Positions 49,426 through 59,822 are shown, numbered from the stretch's first letter. The stretch: 64,000 nt of DNA from an uncultured Gammaproteobacteria bacterium (GCA_963798975.1 CAWCVU010000006.1:34682-98681), one strand, 5' to 3'. Notes: generated by a model from the sequence alone, not told the origin. A program made the numbers and translations.

Positions 49426-52400
49426 ACTAACTCCTTCCAAGTCGTCGTTAAGGGAAAATATAGACCTAAACGAATAGGCCGCTTATCTATTTGTCGCAAT
49501 ATCTGTGCATAATGTTGTAATTGATGCGCATAGGTTTCTATTTCATCAGGAACACCTAATTTGTAATCAATAATCCAACGTTGATTATTATCAACAAAAG
49601 TTCTATCCATCACTATACGAGTAGGTTTATTATTATAAACCGTATGCAGCGCATATTCGCAAGCTGATTCTTCATGTGCTTGTAAAATCCACTGCCCTTT
49701 TGGATCGTTTAAGATGCCTTGCACAGCTTGGTTTAATAAGCTTAATCCGGTATCAAGTTCACTTGCGCTCACCCCTAGTTCTATGAGCTGAATTCGCCAG
49801 CGTGCTAAATCTACTTTTCTAATGCCCGTATCAGCGAAGTATTTTAATATACGATGTAATAACGTACCTACATGCTTACGCATGATTACATTAGGTTCAA
49901 AGGCAGTGCTATCAACTGTATTGTCTTCAGGTATATTTGTTTTGTGTTCATTTAACCAGTTATGCCAAGGCTCAGGTAACTGCCAATTTAATGGAAGACG
50001 TTTTAAACCGCTTTCGTTTTGCACTAAAGTACTGTCAACATGTGCAGGGTAACAGATAGTTTCATGATCAAAGCTTGAGGACAATAACGCAAATAAACTT
50101 TGTGGCGCTGGGCTTGGGCGTTCTGGATCTAGAACTGCGAATAAATATAACTGTTGTTTTGCGCGTGTTAGGGCTACGTATAATAATCGCTGAGTTTCAT
50201 AGTTTTGTTGATACTTTTCAACTCTGCCTAAATAATTATAGATCGGATCACTTTGCAAAGTTTTACCATGAACAGGTGCTAATAGCCAATGTGTACCATT
50301 AGCTAAAGTTTGTTCAAAATAACGCAGAACTACAGGTGTATTATTAGCAGGCCTGCGCGTAAGCCCTGGTAAAAATACCGCATCAAATTCCAGACCTTTT
50401 GCTTTATGAATGGTCATCACCTGGATAGGATTTAAATCAGAGTCCATTTGATCTGTATAGAGTTTGTCTATTTGTTGTTGTAAAATATGCATATCCAGCA
50501 CTTGATATTCTTGTTCTAAAAAATCTAATAATTTATAAAATGTTGCACTATTTACCACATCTTGCGCTTTTGTATAAGACACACCACCTAAAGCAGCCCA
50601 TGCACTTTCAACCCAAAGTGCCAAAGGCATGCGATCTCGTGCATCCAATGTTGGTTTTAATGCAGCAGTAAAACCTTCAACACGTGCTTTCGCATTGCTT
50701 GATAATAATGCAATTGCATCAGAGTCCTGCAAAATATCCCATATAGCAGCATTTTCTTTAAAATTAATCAGCGTTTCAATTTGTCCCAGATCTAAACCAC
50801 AAACGGGAGAACGCAATAAGGCAAGCCAAGCAATATTATCGTAAGGATGTAGCAATGCACGGGTCAACGCTAATAAATCATGAATCAGTTCATGTTTTGA
50901 TAAAGGCTCAATTTCTAACGCTTGAAAGGCTAGTCCATGCGCTTTGAGTTGCGGTAGAATATCTGATAAATGACTACGAGCACGCACTAAAATAGCGCAA
51001 CGCCAATGAGGATAGTGCTGTTTAATTTGCTGGAGATGCTGCACTAATAATATGGCTTCTTGCTCAGGATCTTCTGCTTTAATGCACTTGATTAATCCTG
51101 TTTCATCCCTAACTCTTGCAGCCTGACACTGCGTAAAAGGTATCGCACCTAAAGTAATATTAGCTGTTTTAGGCATGATATCAGGCATCACCTGATTGAT
51201 CCAATCGATTAACGAAGGTTGCGATCTAAAATTCATAGTTAATTTTAAGGGTATTAAGGGAATATCATTAATGCCTTGTTGCTTGGCCTTTAAAAATAAA
51301 CCCACATTGGCTTGCCTGAAACGATAAATCGATTGCATGGGGTCACCCACTAAAAACAAAGTATGATGATCTTGCGAAGACCAGCCATTGGTTAGTTTTT
51401 CTAATAATTTAAATTGGGTCATTGAAGTATCTTGAAATTCATCAACTAATATATGTTGTAATTGATAGTCCAACACTTGGGCTAAATCAGTTGGATTATC
51501 TGGCTCGCCTAACGCTTGCAGTGCACGACTTGCAATTTCTATAAAATCCACTTGTCCATAGTGTTGAAATGTGAGTAAAAGTTGTGCTGCCATTATAGGC
51601 AATACCGTTAATAATGCTTGTAAAAACTCCCAGCTGCTTAATGTATAATGCAAAGGTGGTGCTTCTCGCAATAATAACATGGCAAAGCGTAACTCTTCAT
51701 GGGCTTGCAAAGTGCTTAATAATTCTTGCATGTCTTTTTTATAAGTATTATTGACATTAGGTGGAAACCCTTGACGCTTGTCAACTTGTTTACGATAGTC
51801 ACCGTCCTTAGTTAATAAAAGCTCGATGATAGCCAACCATTTGGGCAAATCATCACAGGTTAAAGAGGGCCATTCATTGCAATCTAAACCTGCATAACGA
51901 GCAAGCGGTAGTAAGGTTTGCACAAGATCTTGTGGAAAACTCTGTCCAATAACACTTAACCTATCCAAAACAATATTTTCTAAATGTTTTTCAAATTGTT
52001 TTTTCAAGGCTCTATCATCAGGAATACCTATCACATAAGGTAGCCATTGATCACGCTTTTTAAGCATATCAATAAAGACGGATTCAATCAGGCTGTACTG
52101 ATTATCAAAGTGTTGAAACACGCTGATTAAGGCATTTTTCCAGGGTGTGTCTTCATCCAAAGTTTCCAAAATTGCTCTTATTGTTTTTTGATAAATTTCA
52201 TCTGAATTATTACTCATGCGCACTTGACCGCCAACACCTGAGACTATCGGCATTTGTGAAGTTAAACGCATGCACAAGGCATCGATGGTTTGAATATATA
52301 AACGATTGGGATTGGCTAATAATTGCCAATTTTCTTTTTTATCTCGCAACAATACTTTTTGAGCTAAATCTATTGTGACAGATTGCATGGTTTGCGTATC

Positions 52401-52625
52401 ATTTATCAATGCCTTTTCAAGCGCATTAATAATTCTGCTGCGCATTTCATGGGCGGCTTTACGGGTAAAAGTAATCGCTAATATTTCTTCAGGAAAACGT
52501 GCGCAAGTTGCTAATAAACTTAAAAAACGTTGTACTAATAATTCGGTTTTTCCTGAACCTGCAGGTGCTTCAACTATAAAAGATAAAGTTGGATCAAGTG
52601 CTTGGCGTCTAATTGCATTATCCAT
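49413..52625 (-). CDS. addA: AddA-type UvrD-family helicase / PD-(D/E)XK nuclease
   Basis: Walker A EAPAGSGKTELL, motif Ia ILAITFTRKAAHEM, DEFQDTS, and the C-terminal nuclease motif IIDYKLG. The likely start MDNAIRR at 52625 forms TAATG with the addB stop. Confidence 0.8.
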   Translation of the reverse strand: MDNAIRRQALDPTLSFIVEAPAGSGKTELLVQRFLSLLATCARFPEEILAITFTRKAAHEMRSRIINALEKALINDTQTMQSVTIDLAQKVLLRDKKENWQLLANPNRLYIQTIDALCMRLTSQMPIVSGVGGQVRMSNNSDEIYQKTIRAILETLDEDTPWKNALISVFQHFDNQYSLIESVFIDMLKKRDQWLPYVIGIPDDRALKKQFEKHLENIVLDRLSVIGQSFPQDLVQTLLPLARYAGLDCNEWPSLTCDDLPKWLAIIELLLTKDGDYRKQVDKRQGFPPNVNNTYKKDMQELLSTLQAHEELRFAMLLLREAPPLHYTLSSWEFLQALLTVLPIMAAQLLLTFQHYGQVDFIEIASRALQALGEPDNPTDLAQVLDYQLQHILVDEFQDTSMTQFKLLEKLTNGWSSQDHHTLFLVGDPMQSIYRFRQANVGLFLKAKQQGINDIPLIPLKLTMNFRSQPSLIDWINQVMPDIMPKTANITLGAIPFTQCQAARVRDETGLIKCIKAEDPEQEAILLVQHLQQIKQHYPHWRCAILVRARSHLSDILPQLKAHGLAFQALEIEPLSKHELIHDLLALTRALLHPYDNIAWLALLRSPVCGLDLGQIETLINFKENAAIWDILQDSDAIALLSSNAKARVEGFTAALKPTLDARDRMPLALWVESAWAALGGVSYTKAQDVVNSATFYKLLDFLEQEYQVLDMHILQQQIDKLYTDQMDSDLNPIQVMTIHKAKGLEFDAVFLPGLTRRPANNTPVVLRYFEQTLANGTHWLLAPVHGKTLQSDPIYNYLGRVEKYQQNYETQRLLYVALTRAKQQLYLFAVLDPERPSPAPQSLFALLSSSFDHETICYPAHVDSTLVQNESGLKRLPLNWQLPEPWHNWLNEHKTNIPEDNTVDSTAFEPNVIMRKHVGTLLHRILKYFADTGIRKVDLARWRIQLIELGVSASELDTGLSLLNQAVQGILNDPKGQWILQAHEESACEYALHTVYNNKPTRIVMDRTFVDNNQRWIIDYKLGVPDEIETYAHQLQHYAQILRQIDKRPIRLGLYFPLTTTWKELVCNS

Positions 52626-55225
52626 TAGTTGTTTCTCACTCTGCATAAAATGTCTAAATTACAATACCGACAAGTGGTTTGTGCCTCTTGTGGCGTAACA
52701 GTTGCTACGCCTTGATAAAACTCATCTGCCAAAGTAGTGAGTACTTGGTGCCAATGTGCTAATACTTCTGGCCAAGAAAGATTTAATTGATTGGGTGTTT
52801 GATGGGCCATTAAATCAATAAATTTATGTTCATTGGCTTTAACCATGGCAAAAGCAATACCTTGGGTTGGCATATGACTCATCGCATATAAAGGTAATTG
52901 CAGGGATAAGGGGCGAGTATCTAACCAATCGGGCTGATTGATGATACCTGTTTTATAATCAATTAATACAATTTCACCGGTAGCAAGTTGATCGATTCTA
53001 TCGATGCGCGTCTTAAGTTTAATAGTTGATAAACTAATTTCTATGCTTTTTTCAGTTTCTAATACTGTAAATGCAGGACGTTTTAATTCAAAGTCTAACC
53101 ATTGTTTTAATAGCGCCTGCAATCTATTTGTTTCTAACACTAGATGCATAGCAGACACGGTGTGCGCTGGTATTTGTTTTATTGCATAATTAATTGCTTG
53201 GTGGATACCTGCTTCCAACTCAGCGCTTGAAAGAATGGATAAAGCCTTTGAAGTTTTAATTTTCTTCCAGAAAAATTCCAGGGCTGCATGCACGAGTTCG
53301 CCACGTTGTGCAAATGATAAGCCACTTTGGCGTGGATCTGGGGATTTTGCTTTTAGACGATAACGTGCAAAAGCTTGAAAAGGGCATGCGCTTTGTGATT
53401 GCAGTAAACCTACACCACCTGCAATATAATTATTTTTATTAAGTGGAATAGGACTCTCAAACCAAGATTCAAGAATTAATTCTTGATCATACAGGGCAGG
53501 CATTTGCACTATCACAGTTGAATGATATGCTGGATAGTCTCTGATTAAACGACTCGGCATTAAGTGTTTATCATTTTCTTGCTGGGGATAACTTAAAATC
53601 ACTTGTTTGGCTTGTTGCGTAAAACGTTGGGTTAAATGACTTGCGAAAATATACTCTCGTTCACTGGAGGCATGTGGCATAAAGTGTTGGCGTTGCAATT
53701 CTATCGGTATAAAAGGATGTGGGCTGCAAGCTTGTGGCCAGTTTTCATGGTGCAAGCCCATCACCCAGAGCGCCTGAAAATATAAACCCTCACCTTCTAA
53801 GGCGCCTAAAATTTGCAAAGGTGCATTTTCACTTTCGCCTTGAAATAATAATTTTTGTGCTTGTTGGAATAATAAATGGTGGGCGGCAGTATATGATAAT
53901 GGTTTTTGTATACAATCAAGGCTTGCAAAATCATTGAGTAATTCATAAAAACGTTTTACAAGTTGATATTCAAGGCTATTAAGTACACGTTCTCCTGGCC
54001 AACCCCAAGCGTTTAGATATATTTTAAATAGTTCAACCCATAGGCTGGGTTTTAACAAACTATCGTTTAGAGGGGGGATGCTTACAATAGTGGGAGGGGC
54101 AACATATTCTTGTCCCCTTTTTTTTATTTCCAAATCTATTTGCGAGCGATTGAGGTGTTCGCTTACCCCGCCAGTAATAAAGGGAGATAATAGTATTTTA
54201 CTTAAATGATCAACTGGCATTTTTCGTAAATTATATTTAAATAATTCAAATACTATAGATATAACTGGATAGTCTGACAATCTATTTCCTGAGGAAATAT
54301 TATAAGGTTTTTGGCTGTGATAATGATTAGCTAAAATCGTTTGTGGCATTAAGGTTTTTGCAAACACCCTATCGACCTCATTAAATCGCAGTGCTAAATC
54401 AGGTATAATTACCCCTATGGGTTCATTCGGATTTTGTGCCAGTTTTGATTTGGCCCAAAGGGCTGCTTGTTCTAACTCGGTGTGTGCATTTAATTGTGCA
54501 GCACAATAGACTAGCGCTTTTTCGCGATATTCCAATATTTCTATGCTGCTGCCCTGCTCGCATAATAGAGTAAATATGCGTTGCACAGCTGGTTTAATAT
54601 CTGTAAAACCAATTAAATATATCTTATGACTTAATTTTGGATTTAAATACTCAAGTACACTCGCAGAATCTAATACATTTTTCTTGCTACAAGCTTCTTG
54701 GTATTGTTGGCACCAATCTATAAATGTTTGAATATCCGTGGATACGTTTTCATTTACTAAAGATTGCCATGGAATACACCATTCTTTTAATAGGATCCAT
54801 GCTTGCTCAGCCATTTGTGCAGCAGCGTCTTTACGTAGCAATGGCGATGGTTCTGCATTAATAATCTCTTGCCAGATTAATTGATTTTGCCAGGCATTTA
54901 AACGTTGCATAGGCGGGTTGTCGTTATCATCTTGGTAATCTTGCCAAAGTCTATCAAACCAACCCGTGATGGAAACAATATCGATATGCCAAACATTTTT
55001 ATTTTTCTTGGCCATCCATTGCGCGCAATCTTTATTTAGGCGGGTTGCCAGCCTGCGCGTTGGCGTTAAAATTAAATCTGCTTGTGTGAGTTGTGCTAAA
55101 AATTCATCATAAGACTGATGAATAACCTTAATCTTGTAGCCACAGACATTGTCCACTATTGGCCTCTTTAATTTTTTGTAAATAATGCGTGTGCGCAGCA
55201 AGTTCTTCAGAGTTTGCATAAACAA
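52625..55225 (-). CDS. addB: AddB-type nuclease subunit (PD-(D/E)XK with Fe-S cluster cysteines)
   Basis: 866 aa with no functional Walker A visible. C-terminal LIDYKTG nuclease motif flanked by CPFQAF... and ...CRYCNLDILC cysteines. The start is uncertain because it overlaps the dnaQ 3' end by about 98 nt. Confidence 0.7.
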   Translation of the reverse strand: MFMQTLKNLLRTRIIYKKLKRPIVDNVCGYKIKVIHQSYDEFLAQLTQADLILTPTRRLATRLNKDCAQWMAKKNKNVWHIDIVSITGWFDRLWQDYQDDNDNPPMQRLNAWQNQLIWQEIINAEPSPLLRKDAAAQMAEQAWILLKEWCIPWQSLVNENVSTDIQTFIDWCQQYQEACSKKNVLDSASVLEYLNPKLSHKIYLIGFTDIKPAVQRIFTLLCEQGSSIEILEYREKALVYCAAQLNAHTELEQAALWAKSKLAQNPNEPIGVIIPDLALRFNEVDRVFAKTLMPQTILANHYHSQKPYNISSGNRLSDYPVISIVFELFKYNLRKMPVDHLSKILLSPFITGGVSEHLNRSQIDLEIKKRGQEYVAPPTIVSIPPLNDSLLKPSLWVELFKIYLNAWGWPGERVLNSLEYQLVKRFYELLNDFASLDCIQKPLSYTAAHHLLFQQAQKLLFQGESENAPLQILGALEGEGLYFQALWVMGLHHENWPQACSPHPFIPIELQRQHFMPHASSEREYIFASHLTQRFTQQAKQVILSYPQQENDKHLMPSRLIRDYPAYHSTVIVQMPALYDQELILESWFESPIPLNKNNYIAGGVGLLQSQSACPFQAFARYRLKAKSPDPRQSGLSFAQRGELVHAALEFFWKKIKTSKALSILSSAELEAGIHQAINYAIKQIPAHTVSAMHLVLETNRLQALLKQWLDFELKRPAFTVLETEKSIEISLSTIKLKTRIDRIDQLATGEIVLIDYKTGIINQPDWLDTRPLSLQLPLYAMSHMPTQGIAFAMVKANEHKFIDLMAHQTPNQLNLSWPEVLAHWHQVLTTLADEFYQGVATVTPQEAQTTCRYCNLDILCRVRNN

Positions 55226-55832
55226 CTTTAAAATCTAATGAGCCATGTTGTACACCTTCTTGCGCTGTCTGTGCACGCTGTGATTGTTCTGATACTTCTA
55301 AAGAGAGATCCGCTTGCCCGCCAGTCATCGCTAAATACACTTGGGCTAGTATTTGTGCATCTAATAAGGCGCCGTGAAGTTCTCTATCGAAATTATCTAT
55401 TTCATAACGTTTGGATAAGGCATCTAATGAATTTTTTTGGTTGGGATGTTTTTTTCGCGCAACACTTAAGCTATCAAGGACTTGGGCATAATCTTCAATG
55501 TTGCCTAGGTTTTTATCTAATAGCGCTAATTCATAATTTAAAAAATTGATATCGAAACTGGCATTATGAATAATTAATTCGGCATTTTTTATAAAGGCTA
55601 GTAAATCGTGAGCCACTTCTTTAAACCTTGGTTTGTCGGCTAGAAAGCTGCGGGTTATGCCATGTATTTTTTGTGCGCCGTAATCGATATCTCTGTCGGG
55701 GTTTAAGTAATAATGAAACTTTTTGCCGGTTAAGCGGCGGTTGAGCATTTCTAGGGCGCCGATTTCGATAATTCTGTGCCCTGCTTGTGGGCTTAGGCCG
55801 GTGGTTTCTGTGTCTAGTATGATTTGGCGCAT
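55128..55832 (-). CDS. dnaQ: DNA polymerase III epsilon subunit (3'-5' proofreading exonuclease)
   Basis: MRQIILDTETTGL (Exo I), HNASFDINFL (Exo II), HGALLDAQILAQVY (Exo III). The track ORF start at 55922 lies inside the repeat element and is spurious. Confidence 0.9.
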   Translation of the reverse strand: MRQIILDTETTGLSPQAGHRIIEIGALEMLNRRLTGKKFHYYLNPDRDIDYGAQKIHGITRSFLADKPRFKEVAHDLLAFIKNAELIIHNASFDINFLNYELALLDKNLGNIEDYAQVLDSLSVARKKHPNQKNSLDALSKRYEIDNFDRELHGALLDAQILAQVYLAMTGGQADLSLEVSEQSQRAQTAQEGVQHGSLDFKVVYANSEELAAHTHYLQKIKEANSGQCLWLQD

Positions 55833-55848
55833 GTATGTCCTTATTGTG

Positions 55849-55975
55849 TTACGCAACTTATAGATCCGTCCAAACGGGGCCTGTCCTGCGACTGCTTTTA
55901 TGTGCTCGCAAGCTGCGCGCATAAAAACAGTCTCCGGCCACCCGTTTGGAATTAGGTTAGTGGCGTTTTGCGTAA
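55849..55975. repeat. third, inverted and diverged copy of the 127-bp MITE-like element
   Basis: TTACGCAAC ... GTTTTGCGTAA. It aligns to the reverse complement of 42316..42442 at roughly four-fifths identity by eye. It lies between the rnhA stop and the dnaQ start. Confidence 0.75.
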
Positions 55976-56002
55976 GCTTAATTTATATTTTATTCTAAAA
56001 AG

Positions 56003-56440
56003 CTATGATAACTCATCTATTGCTTGATTTGCTAATTCGTCAGCTATTTCGTTTTCTCTATGGCCGCTGTGACCTTTTACCCAGTGCCATTCTACTTGGT
56101 GGAGTTCTAGGGCTTGTGTTAGGGCTTGCCATAAGTCGGCATTCTTTACGGGTTGTTTATTGGCTGTTCGCCAGCCGTTTTTACGCCAATTATGGATCCA
56201 GGTGGTGATGCCAAGTCTTACGTATTGGGAATCGGTGGTGATTTCTACGTTACAAGGTACTTTTAAGGCGTTTAAACCTGCTATTGCTGCCATAAGCTCC
56301 ATACGGTTATTAGTGGTTAGCAGTTCTGCGCCTTTTAGGGTTTTTTCTTGGCCATTATAACGAAGGACTACACCCCAGCCGCCGGGGCCTGGATTACCTC
56401 TGCAGGCGCCATCTGTAAATAATTCTACTTTCTTAAGCAA
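56003..56440 (-). CDS. rnhA: ribonuclease HI
   Basis: 145 aa, [46 protein letters not shown]. Confidence 0.95.
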   Translation of the reverse strand: MLKKVELFTDGACRGNPGPGGWGVVLRYNGQEKTLKGAELLTTNNRMELMAAIAGLNALKVPCNVEITTDSQYVRLGITTWIHNWRKNGWRTANKQPVKNADLWQALTQALELHQVEWHWVKGHSGHRENEIADELANQAIDELS

Positions 56441-56556
56441 TATAACCCTACCTTAGTGCAAATATAGGCCTAGGAACAGGATATTTTTAGCTATACAACT
56501 AATAAAATACCCTTTTTGTGTTCCTTTTTTGACCTATTTCTGGTACAATACACGTT

Positions 56557-57663
56557 ATGAACACAATAAATAAGTATATCAAGCATTTATCATTGTTCTT
56601 TCTTGTCGTAGGGTTAGTGGTAGGTTCTAATGCGTTAACGGTATCTAGTGTACCGAAAACCGAAGAAACCACTGTCTCAACAAATGACAATCTATGGGAT
56701 CGCCTGCGTGTAAACTTTCACTTGGATCATGCCACAGAGCAGGAACTGGTGCAAACACATCGCGCCTGGTACCTCAATAACTCAGAATATATTGAGAATA
56801 TCTTTAATCGCGCCGAGCCTTACCTTTATTATATAGCCGAACAAGTTGAAGCGCGTGGCTTACCTTTAGAATTTGTTTTAATTCCTGTGGTAGAAAGTAC
56901 TTATGATCCCCATGCACTCTCTAATAAAGGTGCTAAGGGCTTATGGCAATTAATGGCGGCTACTGCACGTTATTATGGTATTAAACAAACTGGTGGTGGA
57001 TATGATGGACGTGTGGATATCATTGCCTCTACTGATGCTGCTTTAGGCCATTTGAGCTATTTAGCAGAGCTTTATGATAATGACTGGTACCTAGTATTGG
57101 CAGCTTATAATGCCGGCCAAGGTAATGTTAATAATGCGATTAAAAAGAGTAAGGCTGCAGGCCGTGGTGGCGATTTTTGGTCTTTAAGCACTTTGCCTAA
57201 AGAAACACGTCATTATGTGCCTAAGATTATTGCGCTTGCCGATGTGATTAAGAACTATCAGCGTCATAATCTAGAATTACCTATCGTTGCCGACGAGCCA
57301 CAAGTGGCTGCAGTTGATATTGATGTTGAAGATTATTTAGATTTAACCATCGCTGCTAATTTAGCCGATGTTGAACCTGAAACTTTACGCGAAATGAATC
57401 CTGGCTTTAGCCAAGCGGTGATTGCTAACCATGCGGATGAGATCTTAATTCCTGCAGATAAGGTAGAAATCTTTAAAGCAGCGCTTGAAGATTATACGCC
57501 ACAGAAAAAGGCTACTTTTAATTATGTGGTCCAAAGTGGTGATACTTTAAATAAAATCAGTAAAAACCATGGCATTTCAGTGGCTACTTTGCAACAGTAC
57601 AACAATCTCTCTTCTGCAAATCTACAAATTGGTCAAGTACTTAAAATTACTAGAGGCGCTTAA
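56557..57663 (+). CDS. mltD: membrane-bound lytic murein transglycosylase D (SLT domain + LysM)
   Basis: 368 aa with a signal/lipoprotein-like N-terminus, an SLT catalytic region (VVESTYDPHALSNKGAKGLWQLM, AAYNAG) and a C-terminal LysM (YVVQSGDTLNKISKNHGISVATLQQYNNL). Confidence 0.85.
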   Translation: MNTINKYIKHLSLFFLVVGLVVGSNALTVSSVPKTEETTVSTNDNLWDRLRVNFHLDHATEQELVQTHRAWYLNNSEYIENIFNRAEPYLYYIAEQVEARGLPLEFVLIPVVESTYDPHALSNKGAKGLWQLMAATARYYGIKQTGGGYDGRVDIIASTDAALGHLSYLAELYDNDWYLVLAAYNAGQGNVNNAIKKSKAAGRGGDFWSLSTLPKETRHYVPKIIALADVIKNYQRHNLELPIVADEPQVAAVDIDVEDYLDLTIAANLADVEPETLREMNPGFSQAVIANHADEILIPADKVEIFKAALEDYTPQKKATFNYVVQSGDTLNKISKNHGISVATLQQYNNLSSANLQIGQVLKITRGA

Positions 57664-57671
57664 TATATTTC

Positions 57672-57697
57672 CCTCATCGCCCGTTAGGGCGATGAGG
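57672..57697. terminator. hairpin between convergent mltD and the first paralog gene
   Basis: cctcatcgccc gtta gggcgatgagg forms an 11-bp perfect GC-rich stem. The flanking T/A runs are weak. Confidence 0.45.
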
Positions 57698-57711
57698 AAA
57701 TTATTTATAGC

Positions 57712-58914
57712 TTAAAGATAGGGATTACTGATCGTATTGCCATATAAGCAAACATAGGCTCTTTCACTTTCGCAATCAACAGTAAAAGCATCCATACGTG
57801 GATTAGTTTGTTCTGTGTGCTCATCACGTCCTAAGACTAATATTCTACCTTGTAAACCCGCAGTAGCTCTACCGTCCTCAAACTCAAATGCACCTGTTGA
57901 CAAGACATTACCTGCAATAAACGAACCCGCTGACTGCTCAGTAGCGCCTCTCACTATCCAATAGACACGGTCTGCTTGTGCACCGTTGCGCAATAAGATG
58001 TTAGCATTTTCAAAGATGTAAAACACTTGTTTTAAATGATCAGCACTACCATAGTCAATGATAAATACATAATCGCCATCACCATTTAGAATAAAATCAC
58101 CGTTGATAGTCACGGGTGAAGGATCTCTGAAACAAAAAACACCAGCAGAAACTTGAGGAACCAAACCCTTATGACCTAAGGATGGACTTAGTGTATTATT
58201 ATTATGGCAACCACCATCATACTGTTTATTTAGCATCGCATAAAATGTAGCTTCAGTATCTTCATTAGCAGCAATGGTCAGCTCTTCAAACGGCCCATAC
58301 AATCTATGCTGATCATAATAGCGAATAAGTTGCGTACCAAAACCATGCTCATCGGTATAGCCTACATTAAAAGCTACTGTTGCATCTTGACTTGCAGTAT
58401 TAAAAACACTAGGTGCCAATACTGAAAAATCTTCTGCAGCACCTAAAGTAGTAATATTGAGATCAATTTCTGAATAAAAATCACGAGCCCAAGTATTGAT
58501 GTCTATTTCTAAAGTACGATCAATTTGTGTCCATTCTCTTACAGGGCAATCAATAGATGTCGTGTTAAGTTCAAGAACAATACTACATTCATAACCGATA
58601 GCCTTACCAATTTGGCAAGTACTTCTTTCTTTAGAATAAGTCACTAAATCTTTATCCGGAAAACTATCAAGATGATTTGGTGAAATTTCAACATCTAATA
58701 AAGTAATACCAGGATCTCTATTATTAACGACGCGATATGTTAATGGCTTGGCTTCTGCTCCGCATGCAGCTTTGTGGACATTAGGCGCAAAAATACAAAC
58801 ATCTGCCTCTTCATTACATTCATTATGGACTGATTCAGCATGTGCAACACCTACTAAAAAAATAGAGGTAGATAAACTGAGTAGAGCCAATTTTAGATTA
58901 TATGTTTTAAGCAT
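57712..58914 (-). CDS. secreted two-module protein, family member A (Ig-like N-module + DUF3494/ice-binding-like C-module)
   Basis: 400 aa with signal peptide MLKTYNLKLALLSLSTSIFLVGVAHA. LGAAEDFSVLA ... VSAGVFCF ... DRVYWIVRGATEQSAGSFIAGNVLSTG ... LQGRILVLG match my memory of the DUF3494 pattern. Confidence 0.65.
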   Translation of the reverse strand: MLKTYNLKLALLSLSTSIFLVGVAHAESVHNECNEEADVCIFAPNVHKAACGAEAKPLTYRVVNNRDPGITLLDVEISPNHLDSFPDKDLVTYSKERSTCQIGKAIGYECSIVLELNTTSIDCPVREWTQIDRTLEIDINTWARDFYSEIDLNITTLGAAEDFSVLAPSVFNTASQDATVAFNVGYTDEHGFGTQLIRYYDQHRLYGPFEELTIAANEDTEATFYAMLNKQYDGGCHNNNTLSPSLGHKGLVPQVSAGVFCFRDPSPVTINGDFILNGDGDYVFIIDYGSADHLKQVFYIFENANILLRNGAQADRVYWIVRGATEQSAGSFIAGNVLSTGAFEFEDGRATAGLQGRILVLGRDEHTEQTNPRMDAFTVDCESERAYVCLYGNTISNPYL

Positions 58915-58998
58915 GACTTCATTTCCTTTTGATTAGTTTGTTAAAGTGCGAAAGTGAGGCCCAATAATATAGATTGTGAACTCATGTCTATATCTGAG

Positions 58999-59745
58999 TC
59001 ATCTATATCCAGAGTTCTCAGGATCATCATCAGGATCTGAATCACCATCACCTGTTAATTTAGCTGTTCCTTGAACTTCGACATCACCTAAACTAGCATA
59101 CAAATACTCTAATGAAATGCCAATATCATCGGTAATATCATAGCCTAGACCAATACCAAACTCATATGCAAATGAAGTGGTTGCATCACTGTCAAGTTCA
59201 AAACCATAAGGGAGCAAATCAGAAGTCGGTGTTGTGCTAAAGTCGGTATCATTCCAAGAAATCCCTAAACCGCCTATGCCGTAGATTGAAAAACCTTGCA
59301 TAGAAGCAAAAGTCACTGCCAAATCAAACATCAAACGTGCACTGCTATAATCCATGGTGTAATCCGCTTGATTAGACTCTTCAAAGCGAAGTACATGACC
59401 ATCAATCTCATCACCATCTAAGTAATAAAGATTGACTTGTGGAATAACATTAGGTAGCCAGCGAAAATCATCTTCATCTTCAGAATCATCATCTAGATCG
59501 ATCAGAAATTCATAACCTATACCTACTTTAGCGGTCCAAAAATTCCAATCCTCTTCATTTTGAACAAGACTATCGGTCTCATCGCTTGTTGGATTAAAGG
59601 TGCCATCTTGATCAATGGAGGAAATACCTCCTGCTATTAATAACTGTAATCCACCTTCTAATTGATCTTCAACATCTTCTGCAAATACAAAACCTGAGGT
59701 CAGCGCAAGGGCCATACCTAATAAAAATTTTGTTGGTGTGTACAT
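58999..59745 (-). CDS. acidic outer-membrane beta-barrel protein (OmpW/opacity-type small barrel)
   Basis: Signal peptide MYTPTKFLLGMALALTSGFVFA, alternating aromatic/Gly strands (KVGIGYEF, SIYGIGGLGISW, FAYEFGIGLGYDI, GISLEYLYASL), and Asp/Glu-rich loops and tail. The start is taken at the internal Met of track ORF 58999..59778. Confidence 0.6.
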   Translation of the reverse strand: MYTPTKFLLGMALALTSGFVFAEDVEDQLEGGLQLLIAGGISSIDQDGTFNPTSDETDSLVQNEEDWNFWTAKVGIGYEFLIDLDDDSEDEDDFRWLPNVIPQVNLYYLDGDEIDGHVLRFEESNQADYTMDYSSARLMFDLAVTFASMQGFSIYGIGGLGISWNDTDFSTTPTSDLLPYGFELDSDATTSFAYEFGIGLGYDITDDIGISLEYLYASLGDVEVQGTAKLTGDGDSDPDDDPENSGYR

Positions 59746-59822
59746 AGAATAAAGTCCCTTTAATGAATGAAAAAGCAATTCTCCATAAAACTCTTGTTAA
59801 AGTATATACCATTTTACAATTT

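Noticed and set aside
55833-55922. A 30-codon N-terminal extension of dnaQ in the ORF track
   Set aside because: The extension lies inside the MITE-like element. The canonical epsilon-subunit N-terminus (MRQIILDTETTGL) starts at 55832.
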